A stretch of DNA of 54,050 nucleotides from an uncultured Rickettsiaceae bacterium (GTDB lineage: Bacteria > Pseudomonadota > Alphaproteobacteria > Rickettsiales > UBA6187), in the NCBI GenBank assembly GCA_964580525.1, contig CAZOKN010000008.1, positions 1-54,050 of the forward strand, written 5' to 3'. Under the pieces are notes generated by a model that made no database searches, was not told the DNA's origin, and saw only the letters and a list, made by a program, of their open reading frames with translations. Both the position numbers and the translations under genes were made by a program. How positions within the stretch are numbered: position 1 is the first letter of the stretch; every line of letters starts with the position of its first letter. Positions 10,081-19,157 of this stretch are shown in pieces.

Positions 10081-10925
10081 AGGTTCTTAATGTCTTTCAA
10101 AATCAAATCTTTTATACCGCCTGAATAACCGGAAACTTTAAATTTCAGACCCAATGGTTTTATTTCTTTCACCTGTGCTATAAGCCAGGCAACATTAGTT
10201 AAAAAGACCTCATCTGCATTTTTTAAATCATCCAGGCAAAAAATTCCTTCAACTACTTCCAAAGGAGAAATTCTTTTCACAACATTTCGCATAATTCCAG
10301 GCAAAACACCAGATTTCAGTGATGGAGTATATAGTTTGCCATCTTGCATCCAAAAAATATTACTTGAGCTTCCTTCACAGATTTTTTCTTCATCACCAAG
10401 CATCAAAGCTTCAAAGCAGCCATTTTCCTGCGCTTCCATTCTAGCTAGCGAAGAATTCAGTCCTTGCATGGTTTTAGCACTAGAAGGCAGGCATTTTTCA
10501 GATATTTTTCTATAATTACTAACCCATAAATCTACAGATGCGGTGATTTCAGGAATTTCTCCCATTGCCTCAACAACAATAGTTGGGCCTTTTTTTATCT
10601 CCGGTAAGTATCCTCGACTACCCTCGCCCCTAGTGATAGAAACTCGTAAAAAGCCTCTTTTAAGCTTGTTTTTATGTAAAAGTCTGGCAAAAATTTCTTT
10701 CAGAAGCTGAGTATTATAGCTGATTTTTATGGCGGAAAGACCTTCCTGAAGCCTTTTTAAGTGAACTTCCAATTGGTAAATTACACCATTTTCTACCCTT
10801 ATAGTTTCAAAGCAGCCGTCACCAAACCTAAAACCTCGATCCTGTATACTGACCAATGCCTTATTTTCCTTCACAATTTTACCATTCAGGTATATATATT
10901 TTATCTTGTCGTTTATTTTTGACAA
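10071..10925 (-). CDS. pabC: aminodeoxychorismate lyase (class IV aminotransferase fold)
   Basis: RGFRFGDGCFETIRV...RVSITRGEG...SSAKT...NIFW...TPSL..GVLPGI are class IV PLP-enzyme motifs. It is translationally overlapped with pabB (10071-10080). Confidence 0.7.
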   Translation of the reverse strand: MSKINDKIKYIYLNGKIVKENKALVSIQDRGFRFGDGCFETIRVENGVIYQLEVHLKRLQEGLSAIKISYNTQLLKEIFARLLHKNKLKRGFLRVSITRGEGSRGYLPEIKKGPTIVVEAMGEIPEITASVDLWVSNYRKISEKCLPSSAKTMQGLNSSLARMEAQENGCFEALMLGDEEKICEGSSSNIFWMQDGKLYTPSLKSGVLPGIMRNVVKRISPLEVVEGIFCLDDLKNADEVFLTNVAWLIAQVKEIKPLGLKFKVSGYSGGIKDLILKDIKNLCA

Positions 10926-11107
10926 AAAACTATTCCTTTATGTGAATTTATAATGTATACGGTTCGCTGCTTGGGCAAAGTAAATATATTATTTCTCATT
11001 TTTGTTAACACCTTGTCTTTTTTCGGACTCATAAAATCCCAGTGTTAATAAAAAGCAGAAACACTATATAACTGTAAACTATTATAAATTCAAATGATTC
11101 TCTGTTT

Positions 11108-11482
11108 ATGAAAAAAGCTTATAATTCGATTATCTCATTAAATCACCTTATGTTGAAGGTCAATTTGGGGGTAACTGAAGAAGAAAGAAAAATTCCGCAA
11201 GACGTAAAGCTTGATTTTAAGATATATTTAAAAGATGCGCCAAAGGCTTGTGAAAGCGATGATATAAATGATACTATCTGCTATCACGAAGTAACAAAAA
11301 TAGTTGAGAAATTTTGCCATAATCAGGAATTTAAATTGCTTGAATATATGTGCTTCAACCTACATAAAAAAATAAAAAAGATTTTCAATAAAAATGTGCG
11401 TCTATGGATAAGAGTTGAGAAATGTAAGCCACCAATCGATAATTTATTGGGCACAACAAGTTTTGAATATAGCGATTTATAA
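11108..11482 (+). CDS. folB: dihydroneopterin aldolase
   Basis: 124 aa with the LGVTEEERKIPQDVKLDFKI...DDINDTICYHEV pattern of FolB. It lies directly upstream of folK-folP. Confidence 0.75.
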   Translation: MKKAYNSIISLNHLMLKVNLGVTEEERKIPQDVKLDFKIYLKDAPKACESDDINDTICYHEVTKIVEKFCHNQEFKLLEYMCFNLHKKIKKIFNKNVRLWIRVEKCKPPIDNLLGTTSFEYSDL

Positions 11483-11502
11483 CAATTAATTAGTAGTATT
11501 TT

Positions 11503-12039
11503 ATGATAATTTTGGGATTGGGATCAAATGTTGGCGATAGACTAAAATATCTAACAGAAGCAGTAAAATTGCTAGGAGATAACATCATAGCTGGAATTGA
11601 AGTTTCTTCAATTTATGAATCAAAAGCAGTTCTAACTTCCAATGCTCCAAAAGATTGGGATAAATCTTTTCTAAATATGGCAGTGATAGGAGAAACACAT
11701 CTTTCCCCGCATGATCTTCTTGTAAAAATCAAAATGGTTGAAAAGAAAATAGGCCGTCATGATCGTGGTTTTTGGGCACCAAGAGAAATAGATATCGATA
11801 TTTTAGCTTATAGCGATAAAGTTATAGATTTACCTGATTTACAAATTCCTCATAAACATCTTTGCGAACGTTCTTTTGTAATGCTTCCACTTGCTGAAAT
11901 TGCACCAAACTGGCGCTTTCCTGCAAATGGTAATACAAAAGGCAAAACTGCTTTTGAGCTGGCTAACGCTTTCAAGAATGATAGTTCGATTGTAAAAACA
12001 GATTATAAACTGATAAAGGACCCTGCATTGGTAGCATAA
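11503..12039 (+). CDS. folK: 2-amino-4-hydroxy-6-hydroxymethyldihydropteridine diphosphokinase
   Basis: ILGLGSNVGDR...SSIYESKAV...WAPREIDIDIL...LQIPHKHLCERSFVMLPLAEI is the HPPK signature. Confidence 0.85.
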   Translation: MIILGLGSNVGDRLKYLTEAVKLLGDNIIAGIEVSSIYESKAVLTSNAPKDWDKSFLNMAVIGETHLSPHDLLVKIKMVEKKIGRHDRGFWAPREIDIDILAYSDKVIDLPDLQIPHKHLCERSFVMLPLAEIAPNWRFPANGNTKGKTAFELANAFKNDSSIVKTDYKLIKDPALVA

Positions 12040-12824
12040 TGAAGCTGTTAGGCATCGTAAACATAACGCCAGACTCTTTTTCCAATGATGGTCTTGCTAA
12101 CAAAGAACCAATTGATTTTGCTATAAAATTAATTAAGGATGGGGCTCATATTTTAGACATCGGTGCCGAATCGACAAGGCCTGGTGCAACACCTCTAACC
12201 GCAAATGAAGAATGGCAGCGTTTAGAAAAAACATTATCTACAATAATTAATATTGCAAAAGAATCAGATATTAAAACCAGTCTAGATACCAGATATCCTG
12301 AAAATGCGTTGCGTGCAATCGCACTAGGTATAGACTGGATAAATGATGTCAGTGGTTTTACTAATCTAGAAATGATCAAAGTACTTGGTAAAAATAATGC
12401 TGCTGTTTTAATGCATAATCTTGGCGTTCCAGCTGATAAAAATAATATCATAGATATAAATCTCGACCCTGTAGAAGAGGTTTTATCCTGGGGAGAAAAA
12501 CAAATAAATAATTTGCTAGAAGCTGGTATTGAAAAAAATAATATTATCTTTGATCCAGGTATTGGTTTCGGTAAAAACTCCCAACAATCTTTGAAACTTG
12601 TGCGAAGAATAAAAGAGTTTAAAAAATTGGGTGTAAAAATTCTTGTTGGACATTCGCGCAAATCTTTTCTTGGTGAAATAACAGGCAATGAAGCTGCCAA
12701 CCGCGATGTTGAAACTATAATATCTTCCCTTTACCTTGCTGATAATGGTGTTGATTATGTTCGTGTTCACAATATACTCGGCCACGTTAATGCTTTAAAA
12801 ATACGAGATAATTTATGGAAATAA
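12039..12824 (+). CDS. folP: dihydropteroate synthase
   Basis: GIVNITPDSFSNDG...DIGAESTRPGA...SLDT...INDVSG...DPGIGFGK...GHSRKSF are DHPS motifs. Its start overlaps the folK stop. Confidence 0.9.
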   Translation: MKLLGIVNITPDSFSNDGLANKEPIDFAIKLIKDGAHILDIGAESTRPGATPLTANEEWQRLEKTLSTIINIAKESDIKTSLDTRYPENALRAIALGIDWINDVSGFTNLEMIKVLGKNNAAVLMHNLGVPADKNNIIDINLDPVEEVLSWGEKQINNLLEAGIEKNNIIFDPGIGFGKNSQQSLKLVRRIKEFKKLGVKILVGHSRKSFLGEITGNEAANRDVETIISSLYLADNGVDYVRVHNILGHVNALKIRDNLWK

Positions 12825-13765
12825 TTCTTGCCCAACCTAGAGGATTTTGTGCTGGAGTATTACGTGCAATTGAAATTGTTGAGCGCGCTCTGAAAATTTA
12901 TGGTGCACCAATTTATGTCCGTCATGAAATTGTTCATAATAAATATGTTGTAGAAAATCTTAAAGCAAAAGGCGTTGTCTTTGTTGATGAAATCAGCGAG
13001 ATTCCTGATGGCTCAATAACTATCTTCAGTGCTCATGGCGTCTCACAAAAAGTCGAAGATTCTGCGCGGCTGCGTTCACTTCCTGTCATAGATGCAACAT
13101 GCCCGCTAGTTACCAAAGTTCATAAAGAAGCCCAACGCAATGAAGAAGATGGTAATAAAATAATTCTGATAGGTCACAACGGACACCCTGAAGTAGAAGG
13201 TACATCGGGTCGGGTTAAGAGCGAGGTTATATTGGTAGAAAATGTTTCTGATGTTGAGAAATTAAAAATTAGCAATTCTGAAAAGTTATCTTATGTGACT
13301 CAAACAACCTTAAGCGTTGATGATACCAAAAAAATTATTGAAGCATTAAAAGAAAAATTTCCATCCATAACAGGACCGGACACTAAAGATATTTGCTATG
13401 CTACTCAAAATAGGCAGAATGCTGTCCGGGAACTTGCTAACATGGTTGATATAATTTTAGTTATTGGATCACAAAACAGTTCAAACTCCAACAGGCTTTG
13501 CGATTTAGCAAAAGAAATGGGAGTGGAATCTTATTTAGTTGGCGATGAAAATGAGATAAATGCTAATTGGTTTGTTGGAAAAAATAAAATTGGTATCACA
13601 GCAGGAGCATCAGCTCCTGATGAATTAGTAGCTAAAATAATCAATTATTTTAAAAATATGAGCGATGTAAAAATTTCTACGATGAATGGACGTCAAGAAA
13701 ATATCCGTTTCAAATTGCCTAAAGAGGTTGATCCTCATGGAGATTTTCTTGTAGCAAATCAATAA
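12815..13765 (+). CDS. ispH: 4-hydroxy-3-methylbut-2-enyl diphosphate reductase
   Basis: PRGFCAGVLRAIEIVE...YVRHEIVHN...SAHGVS...DATCPLVTKVH...GHNGHPEV...TQTTLS...ICYATQNRQ...SSNSNRL are the LytB/IspH motifs. Confidence 0.9.
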   Translation: MEIILAQPRGFCAGVLRAIEIVERALKIYGAPIYVRHEIVHNKYVVENLKAKGVVFVDEISEIPDGSITIFSAHGVSQKVEDSARLRSLPVIDATCPLVTKVHKEAQRNEEDGNKIILIGHNGHPEVEGTSGRVKSEVILVENVSDVEKLKISNSEKLSYVTQTTLSVDDTKKIIEALKEKFPSITGPDTKDICYATQNRQNAVRELANMVDIILVIGSQNSSNSNRLCDLAKEMGVESYLVGDENEINANWFVGKNKIGITAGASAPDELVAKIINYFKNMSDVKISTMNGRQENIRFKLPKEVDPHGDFLVANQ

Positions 13766-13774
13766 ATAAAAATG

Positions 13775-13783
13775 TTATCCACA
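13775..13783 (+). promoter_or_regulatory. perfect consensus DnaA box (TTATCCACA)
   Basis: ttatccaca at 13775-13783, immediately after the ispH stop. A 7/9 copy (atgtccaca) at 13842-13850 overlaps the predicted sRNA start. Confidence 0.3.
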
Positions 13784-13812
13784 GCATTTTTATTTTTTTG
13801 ATATACTATATA

Positions 13813-13841
13813 TTGACATCTTTATCCCGTCGCGCTACTAT
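13813..13841 (+). promoter_or_regulatory. near-consensus sigma70 promoter
   Basis: TTGACA (13813-13818), a 17-nt spacer, then TACTAT (13836-13841). It lies in the ispH/ltaS-like intergenic region. Confidence 0.55.
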
Positions 13842-13847
13842 ATGTCC

Positions 13848-13947
13848 ACAGGTTCCTGGTTGTCATCCTGCTTTGCACTCCTTATGTATCTCCCTTGCGT
13901 TCGAAGTTTCAACCAGGAACTTCCCTTTTAAAAAAGGGAAGTTTTTT
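13848..13947 (+). ncRNA. candidate small RNA or terminated 5' leader of about 100 nt (no family recognised)
   Basis: The predicted TSS is about 7 nt after the -10. An 11-bp stem pairs gttcctggttg (13852-13862) with caaccaggaac (13910-13920) and encloses a C/U-rich 47-nt loop. A terminator follows: cttccc-ttttaaaaaa-gggaag plus T7 (13920-13947). Confidence 0.5.
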
Positions 13948-14036
13948 TCTAAAAAATCATAAAATCAATATTATATATTTTCTTATCCTTGAAATAATGA
14001 TAGCCATTGCTGGTTAATTCTATTACCGGACAAAAT

Positions 14037-15932
14037 ATGACTCACACGAAAAATTATTTTCTACGCTTCATTCCTTTCCTGGTAATTTTTTTGGTTATTC
14101 AAATCATCTTGCGAGGAAGCTTACTTTTACGTGGAATGAATGATTTGGATTTTACAAGCTTAGAAATAGTACAAATTTTCTTACGTGGGTTGTGGCTAGA
14201 TATAGCAACAGTGTGGTTCGTATTGTTACCTATCGCGTTAGTATATTCTTTTGCTCCTTCCAAAATATGGTCAAAACGAAACGGCAAGATTCTAAGCCTA
14301 ATACTCTCATTTTTACTAATTTTTTCTTTATTATTTGATTTGGTAGCAGAACATTTATTTTGGAGTGAGTTCACCACCCGTTTTAACTTTATTGCAGTAG
14401 ATTATTTAGTATATACCCAAGAAGTTATGGGTAATATCTCAGAATCTTATCCTGTCTTACCAATTATTGTTACTATTGGAATTATTGCGGTAATATGCAC
14501 ATGGATTGTACATAGAAATACGAAAACGAGAGAAATTCCTGTTTTTAAATATAGAGTAATTGGCTTTCTATTATATGTAATTTTCAGCGGTATTTTTTAT
14601 CGCATAAGCGATGTCAGCCAAGCACAATTTGATGATAATACTGAAGCAACTGAAATTGCATCAAATGGTATTTACAGCCTGTTTCATGCTTTCTGGCACA
14701 ACGAAATAAGCTATGACCGTTTTTATCTACAACATAAAAATGAGAAAGTGCAAAACAGAATACAAAATTTATTTTCCGAAGAAGAAGGGAACTTTGAAAA
14801 TGGCTCTAGCTTGATACGTATTATCAATCCAAAGGGAAAAGAATTGCATAAAAATGTGATTTTAGTCTCTATGGAAAGCATGAGTGCTTCTTATATGCAG
14901 CATTTTGGCAATTCCACCAACCTCACACCAAATCTTGATAAATTAGCCTCTGAAGGATTATTTTTCACTAATCTTTATGCTACTGGCACAAGGACTGTCC
15001 GCGGCCTTGAAGCTATGACACTTTCAGTTCCACCAACCCCAGGACAATCTATTTTAAGAAGGCCAGGAAATGATAATCTGTTTTCTTTGGGATTTGTTTT
15101 TAAAGACAGAGGATACGATACAAAGTTTGTATATGGTGGCTATGGATACTTCGATAATATGAATACCTTCTTTGCCGGAAATGGCTTTGATGTTGTTGAT
15201 CGTACAAGCATGACAAAAGAAGAAGTTAATTTTGCCAATGTCTGGGGAGTAGCTGATGACGATTTATTTGCTCGTGCTATAAAAGAAGCTGATAAATCTT
15301 ATGCTGCCGGAAAACCTTTCATGCAGCTTGTTATGACAACATCTAACCATCGCCCATATACTTATCCGGAAGGACGTATAGATATTCCGTCTAAAACCGG
15401 CGGACGTTCTGGCGGTGTAAAATATGCTGATTATAGTATTGGTAAACTAATCGAATGGGCAAAGAAAAAGCCTTGGTATAAAGATACTGTTTTCATATTT
15501 GTTGCTGATCATACTGCTGGTGCAGGTGGCAAAGCTGAACTTGATCCTATCAAATACCATATTCCTATGATTTTTTATTCGCCTGGATTTATCAAACCTA
15601 GTACTTATGATAAAATGGCTAGTCAGATTGATTTGGCTCCAATTTTATTGGGTCAATTAAATTTTCATTATCGTACAAAATTTTATGGTGAAGATTTATT
15701 GCACGATGATGATGAAATACCTCATGCGTTTATAAGTAATTATCAAAAAATTGCACTTATGAAAAATGGAGATATAACAATTCTTGAACCTAAAAGACGC
15801 ATTGAACAATATAATGAAGCTACAGGAAAATTACAGTCTAACACAGACCTTATCGATGATACTGTAGCATACTACCAATCCGCATCTTGGTGGAAAGAAA
15901 TTTATAAACGTGAATCAACATTAATTAAGTAA
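14037..15932 (+). CDS. LTA synthase / phosphoglycerol transferase (OpgB/MdoB-like) family sulfatase-fold membrane enzyme
   Basis: Five or so N-terminal TM helices, then an alkaline-phosphatase-superfamily domain (LVSMESMSASYM, ATGTRTVRGLEA, TTSNHRPY, FVADH). The track start is TTG 14007, but ATG 14037 is the more likely start. Confidence 0.75.
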   Translation: MTHTKNYFLRFIPFLVIFLVIQIILRGSLLLRGMNDLDFTSLEIVQIFLRGLWLDIATVWFVLLPIALVYSFAPSKIWSKRNGKILSLILSFLLIFSLLFDLVAEHLFWSEFTTRFNFIAVDYLVYTQEVMGNISESYPVLPIIVTIGIIAVICTWIVHRNTKTREIPVFKYRVIGFLLYVIFSGIFYRISDVSQAQFDDNTEATEIASNGIYSLFHAFWHNEISYDRFYLQHKNEKVQNRIQNLFSEEEGNFENGSSLIRIINPKGKELHKNVILVSMESMSASYMQHFGNSTNLTPNLDKLASEGLFFTNLYATGTRTVRGLEAMTLSVPPTPGQSILRRPGNDNLFSLGFVFKDRGYDTKFVYGGYGYFDNMNTFFAGNGFDVVDRTSMTKEEVNFANVWGVADDDLFARAIKEADKSYAAGKPFMQLVMTTSNHRPYTYPEGRIDIPSKTGGRSGGVKYADYSIGKLIEWAKKKPWYKDTVFIFVADHTAGAGGKAELDPIKYHIPMIFYSPGFIKPSTYDKMASQIDLAPILLGQLNFHYRTKFYGEDLLHDDDEIPHAFISNYQKIALMKNGDITILEPKRRIEQYNEATGKLQSNTDLIDDTVAYYQSASWWKEIYKRESTLIK

Positions 15933-15937
15933 AATTT

Positions 15938-16276
15938 ATGCAGCGTATTCTGAAAGCTCTATTAAATTCCATAAGTGGTTTTAAATTTGCTTTTAAAGAC
16001 GAGGAAGCTTTTCGCCAAGAACTGTTTCTTGCTGTTATATTATGTCCAGCCGCTTATTTTTTAGCACCTAGTAAAACAGATTTAGCCATAATGCTTATGT
16101 GCGTTTTTATAGTTTTGATAGCCGAACTTTTAAATTCAGGAATTGAGGCTGCAATAGACAGAATAGGGCCAGAAATACATCCTCTATCAAAAAAAGCAAA
16201 AGACATTGGCAGTGCTGCAGTTTTACTTTCATTGTTTAATCTTGTTGTTGTTTGGGGAATTATAATATTGAAATAG
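15938..16276 (+). CDS. dgkA: diacylglycerol kinase
   Basis: 112-aa three-TM protein with EEAFRQEL and ELLNSGIEAAIDRIG, the prokaryotic DAGK signature. Confidence 0.85.
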   Translation: MQRILKALLNSISGFKFAFKDEEAFRQELFLAVILCPAAYFLAPSKTDLAIMLMCVFIVLIAELLNSGIEAAIDRIGPEIHPLSKKAKDIGSAAVLLSLFNLVVVWGIIILK

Positions 16277-16287
16277 AGAAATAATCT

Positions 16288-17019
16288 CTACTCCATGTGA
16301 TGTCCACCATTTACCGAAATAGTCTCACCCGTTATAAAACCTGCATCATCGGCTACAAGGAATGCCACAGTTCTTGCAATTTCTTCGGGATTACCAAGCC
16401 TTCTAACCGGAATTTGTGCAATGATTGATTCCATCATTCCAGCAGGCACAGCCTCTGTCATATCAGTTTTAATGTAGCCAGGAGCAATTGCATTCACAGT
16501 AATTCCTTTATGAGCAACTTCTCTTGCAAGAGATTTTGTAAATCCCAGAATTCCTGCTTTAGACGCCGAATAATTAGTTTGACCAATCTGTCCAGCCTGC
16601 GCATTGATAGAGCTTATACTAACTATCCTGCCAAAACCACTCTCACGCATTTTCAATATAACTGCCTGACTCATATAAAAACAGGAATCAAGATTAGTAT
16701 GCAGAACATCCCGCCAATCACCTTCATCCATTTTGTGCAAAGTGCTATCTCTGGTGATACCAGCGTTATTAACTAATATTTCCGGGTGAATACCAAAATC
16801 TTCAGCAATTTTCTTTACACTACTGCGGCATTCTTTAAGAGATGAAACATCCCACTTATAAACATGGATTCCAGTATCCTTGCTAAATTCTTGCGCAATC
16901 TTTTCATCATGCACATAATTTGCAACTACCTCATAACCTTTTTTCTTCAAAGTTCGAGATATAGCCGCACCTATTCCCCTTGTTCCACCAGTTACTATAG
17001 CTAACCTTGCCATAATCAT
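16288..17019 (-). CDS. phaB: acetoacetyl-CoA reductase (SDR family)
   Basis: IVTGGTRGIG, NNAG and YSASKAG SDR motifs. It lies immediately downstream of the thiolase within the PHB cluster. Confidence 0.8.
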   Translation of the reverse strand: MIMARLAIVTGGTRGIGAAISRTLKKKGYEVVANYVHDEKIAQEFSKDTGIHVYKWDVSSLKECRSSVKKIAEDFGIHPEILVNNAGITRDSTLHKMDEGDWRDVLHTNLDSCFYMSQAVILKMRESGFGRIVSISSINAQAGQIGQTNYSASKAGILGFTKSLAREVAHKGITVNAIAPGYIKTDMTEAVPAGMMESIIAQIPVRRLGNPEEIARTVAFLVADDAGFITGETISVNGGHHME

Positions 17020-17083
17020 CCTCCCAACTACTTGTAAACTTGGCTTAAAAATTTTGTTCTAAGCACCAATAACTTGTGTGAGG

Positions 17084-18268
17084 TTACTCTCGCTCAACAC
17101 ACAAAGCAACACCCATTCCGCCACCAACACACAAAGTTGCCAAACCTTTTTTAGCATTACGCTTTTGCATTGAATGCATCAACGTCACCAAAATCCTAGC
17201 TCCTGAAGCACCAATTGGATGTCCAAGTGCAATCGCACCACCATTAACATTTACTTTATTAAGATCCCAACCAAGCTCACGATTTACAGCGATGGATTGT
17301 GCTGCAAATGCCTCATTAGCCTCAATCAAATCAAGATCACCAATTTTCCATCCAGCTTTAGCTAATGCTTTCTTTGTTGCACTGACAGGACCAATACCCA
17401 TAATTTTTGGATCAACTCCTGCATGAGCAAAAGATTTTACTGTAGCCAATGGAGTAAGACCGCGCTTTTTTGCTTCTTCTTTTGTCATAAGCATAACAAC
17501 TGCAGCACCATCGTTAATTCCCGAAGCATTACCTGCTGTTACTGTCCCTTCTTTTGAAAATGCAGGACGCAATTTTGCCAACGCATCAACTGTAACTCCC
17601 GCCCTTGGAAATTCATCTTTGTTTAAAGTTACGTCACCTTTTCTATCTTGAATAACAACCGAAACAGTTTCATCATTAAAAGCACCTGAGTTTTGTGCAG
17701 CTTCAGCTTTATTTTGTGATTTGCAGGCAAATTCATCCTGCTCAGCACGCGAAATTTTAAACTCTTGCGCTATATTTTCAGCTGTGATTCCCATATGATA
17801 ATTGTTAAATGCTTCCCATAAGCCGTCTTTTATCATGGTATCAACAAGTCCTGCATCACCCATTTTAACACCACTGCGCATAAACACAGCATGTGGTGCC
17901 TGACTCATGCTTTCCTGACCACCAGCTATAACAATCTCACTATCTCCGGCAATAATCGCCTGCGCACCCAGCGCCACGCTGCGCAATCCCGAACCACAAA
18001 CCTGATTGATAGTCCAAGCTGGAACTTCCTTAGGAACACCAGCTGCAATAGACGCCTGTCTTGCCGGATTCTGGCCACAATTTGCTGTTAATATTTGCCC
18101 CATGATAATTTCAGAAATATCTGCGCCGTTAATGCCTGTGCTGCTTATAATATCCCTTATAACAACTTCACCAAGCTTATGAGCTGGCAGAGAAGAAAGA
18201 CCGCCATTAAAATTTCCTATTGGAGTACGCTTCGCCGCAACAATAACAACTTCTCTCGGGGCAGACAT
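17084..18268 (-). CDS. phaA: acetyl-CoA acetyltransferase (beta-ketothiolase)
   Basis: Thiolase signatures: [10 protein letters not shown] (active-site Cys), [20 protein letters not shown] and CVGGGMGVA. Confidence 0.9.
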   Translation of the reverse strand: MSAPREVVIVAAKRTPIGNFNGGLSSLPAHKLGEVVIRDIISSTGINGADISEIIMGQILTANCGQNPARQASIAAGVPKEVPAWTINQVCGSGLRSVALGAQAIIAGDSEIVIAGGQESMSQAPHAVFMRSGVKMGDAGLVDTMIKDGLWEAFNNYHMGITAENIAQEFKISRAEQDEFACKSQNKAEAAQNSGAFNDETVSVVIQDRKGDVTLNKDEFPRAGVTVDALAKLRPAFSKEGTVTAGNASGINDGAAVVMLMTKEEAKKRGLTPLATVKSFAHAGVDPKIMGIGPVSATKKALAKAGWKIGDLDLIEANEAFAAQSIAVNRELGWDLNKVNVNGGAIALGHPIGASGARILVTLMHSMQKRNAKKGLATLCVGGGMGVALCVERE

Positions 18269-18358
18269 AAAAACCTCAAATCTTTAAAAATAACTAGAAC
18301 CAAACATAAATTTAGCGCCTAAGATATACTTCCAACCTTGGCTTAGGACAAGGAATTA

Positions 18359-19144
18359 TTATCTTTTCTTAGCAAAAACAAAGGAATAATCGCCTTTTTT
18401 ACTTTCATAAGTTTTCATAATTTCTCTAATATATCCAGACTCAATATCCTTTTTTAACCTTGTTAAGCCAACTTCTATTTCGTCGCCATAAACAGAAAGA
18501 TGGAAAGATGAAATTCCAGCCCTAACAGCAGGATTTAGATATATCTCAGGACGATATTTGCCAGAATAAAGAAATAAATCTGTAAGAGAATCCGTCACAA
18601 AAAATGGCTGCTGCTTTATATAGCCAAACCCGGCAGCAGATAACGCAGATTCCAGCCTATCAAATGGCGAAAAACTACGCATACTATCTTCCATCATTTT
18701 AGGAAAATATTCCAAAAGCCAACAATCTTGCATTTGCTCAGGAGTGCAGGTGAATATGACAAAATTACCTTTATCTATAACCCTATAAATTTCCTTAAAC
18801 GCAGTTTCAATATCCTGAATATGGTGTGTCGCCAATGTACAAACTGCGCCCTCAAAACTATTATCTTCAAAAGGCAATGCTTTTGCATCACCCTGATGCC
18901 ACTTTATTGCAGGATTTTTAATTTTCGCTTTACTAAGCATTTCTTCGGATATATCAATGCCTTCTATATGCAATCCCGATTTCGCCAATGCATCTGTGTA
19001 ATTCCCCGAACCACAAGCCACATCAAGATAAACACCATTTCCATTAGGCGTGAGCAGCCCTAGTAATGTTTTTACTATTTCAGGATCAGGCTTACGCGTA
19101 GTGTCGTATGTTTTGCCTATTGTGTTGTAGATTGCTTTTTTCAT
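18359..19144 (-). CDS. class I SAM-dependent methyltransferase
   Basis: YLDVACGSGNYT (motif I) and ALPFEDNSFEGAVC (Methyltransf_11-like). It starts 13 nt downstream of the ATPase gene. Confidence 0.7.
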   Translation of the reverse strand: MKKAIYNTIGKTYDTTRKPDPEIVKTLLGLLTPNGNGVYLDVACGSGNYTDALAKSGLHIEGIDISEEMLSKAKIKNPAIKWHQGDAKALPFEDNSFEGAVCTLATHHIQDIETAFKEIYRVIDKGNFVIFTCTPEQMQDCWLLEYFPKMMEDSMRSFSPFDRLESALSAAGFGYIKQQPFFVTDSLTDLFLYSGKYRPEIYLNPAVRAGISSFHLSVYGDEIEVGLTRLKKDIESGYIREIMKTYESKKGDYSFVFAKKR

Positions 19145-19157
19145 AATATCTCTTACT

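Noticed and set aside
12146-12700. A 184-aa antisense ORF opposite folP, plus the 89-aa ORF at 12516-12785.
   Set aside because: folP on the plus strand has all the DHPS motifs. The antisense translation has no motifs, no plausible start context and Ser/Pro/Leu-rich composition. Long antisense frames opposite real genes are a known artefact.
13760-13860. The possibility that the DnaA boxes mark the chromosomal origin (oriC).
   Set aside because: There is only one perfect and one degenerate box. There is no AT-rich 13-mer-like unwinding array, and the spacer is occupied by a promoter and hairpin unit. This is insufficient for an origin call.
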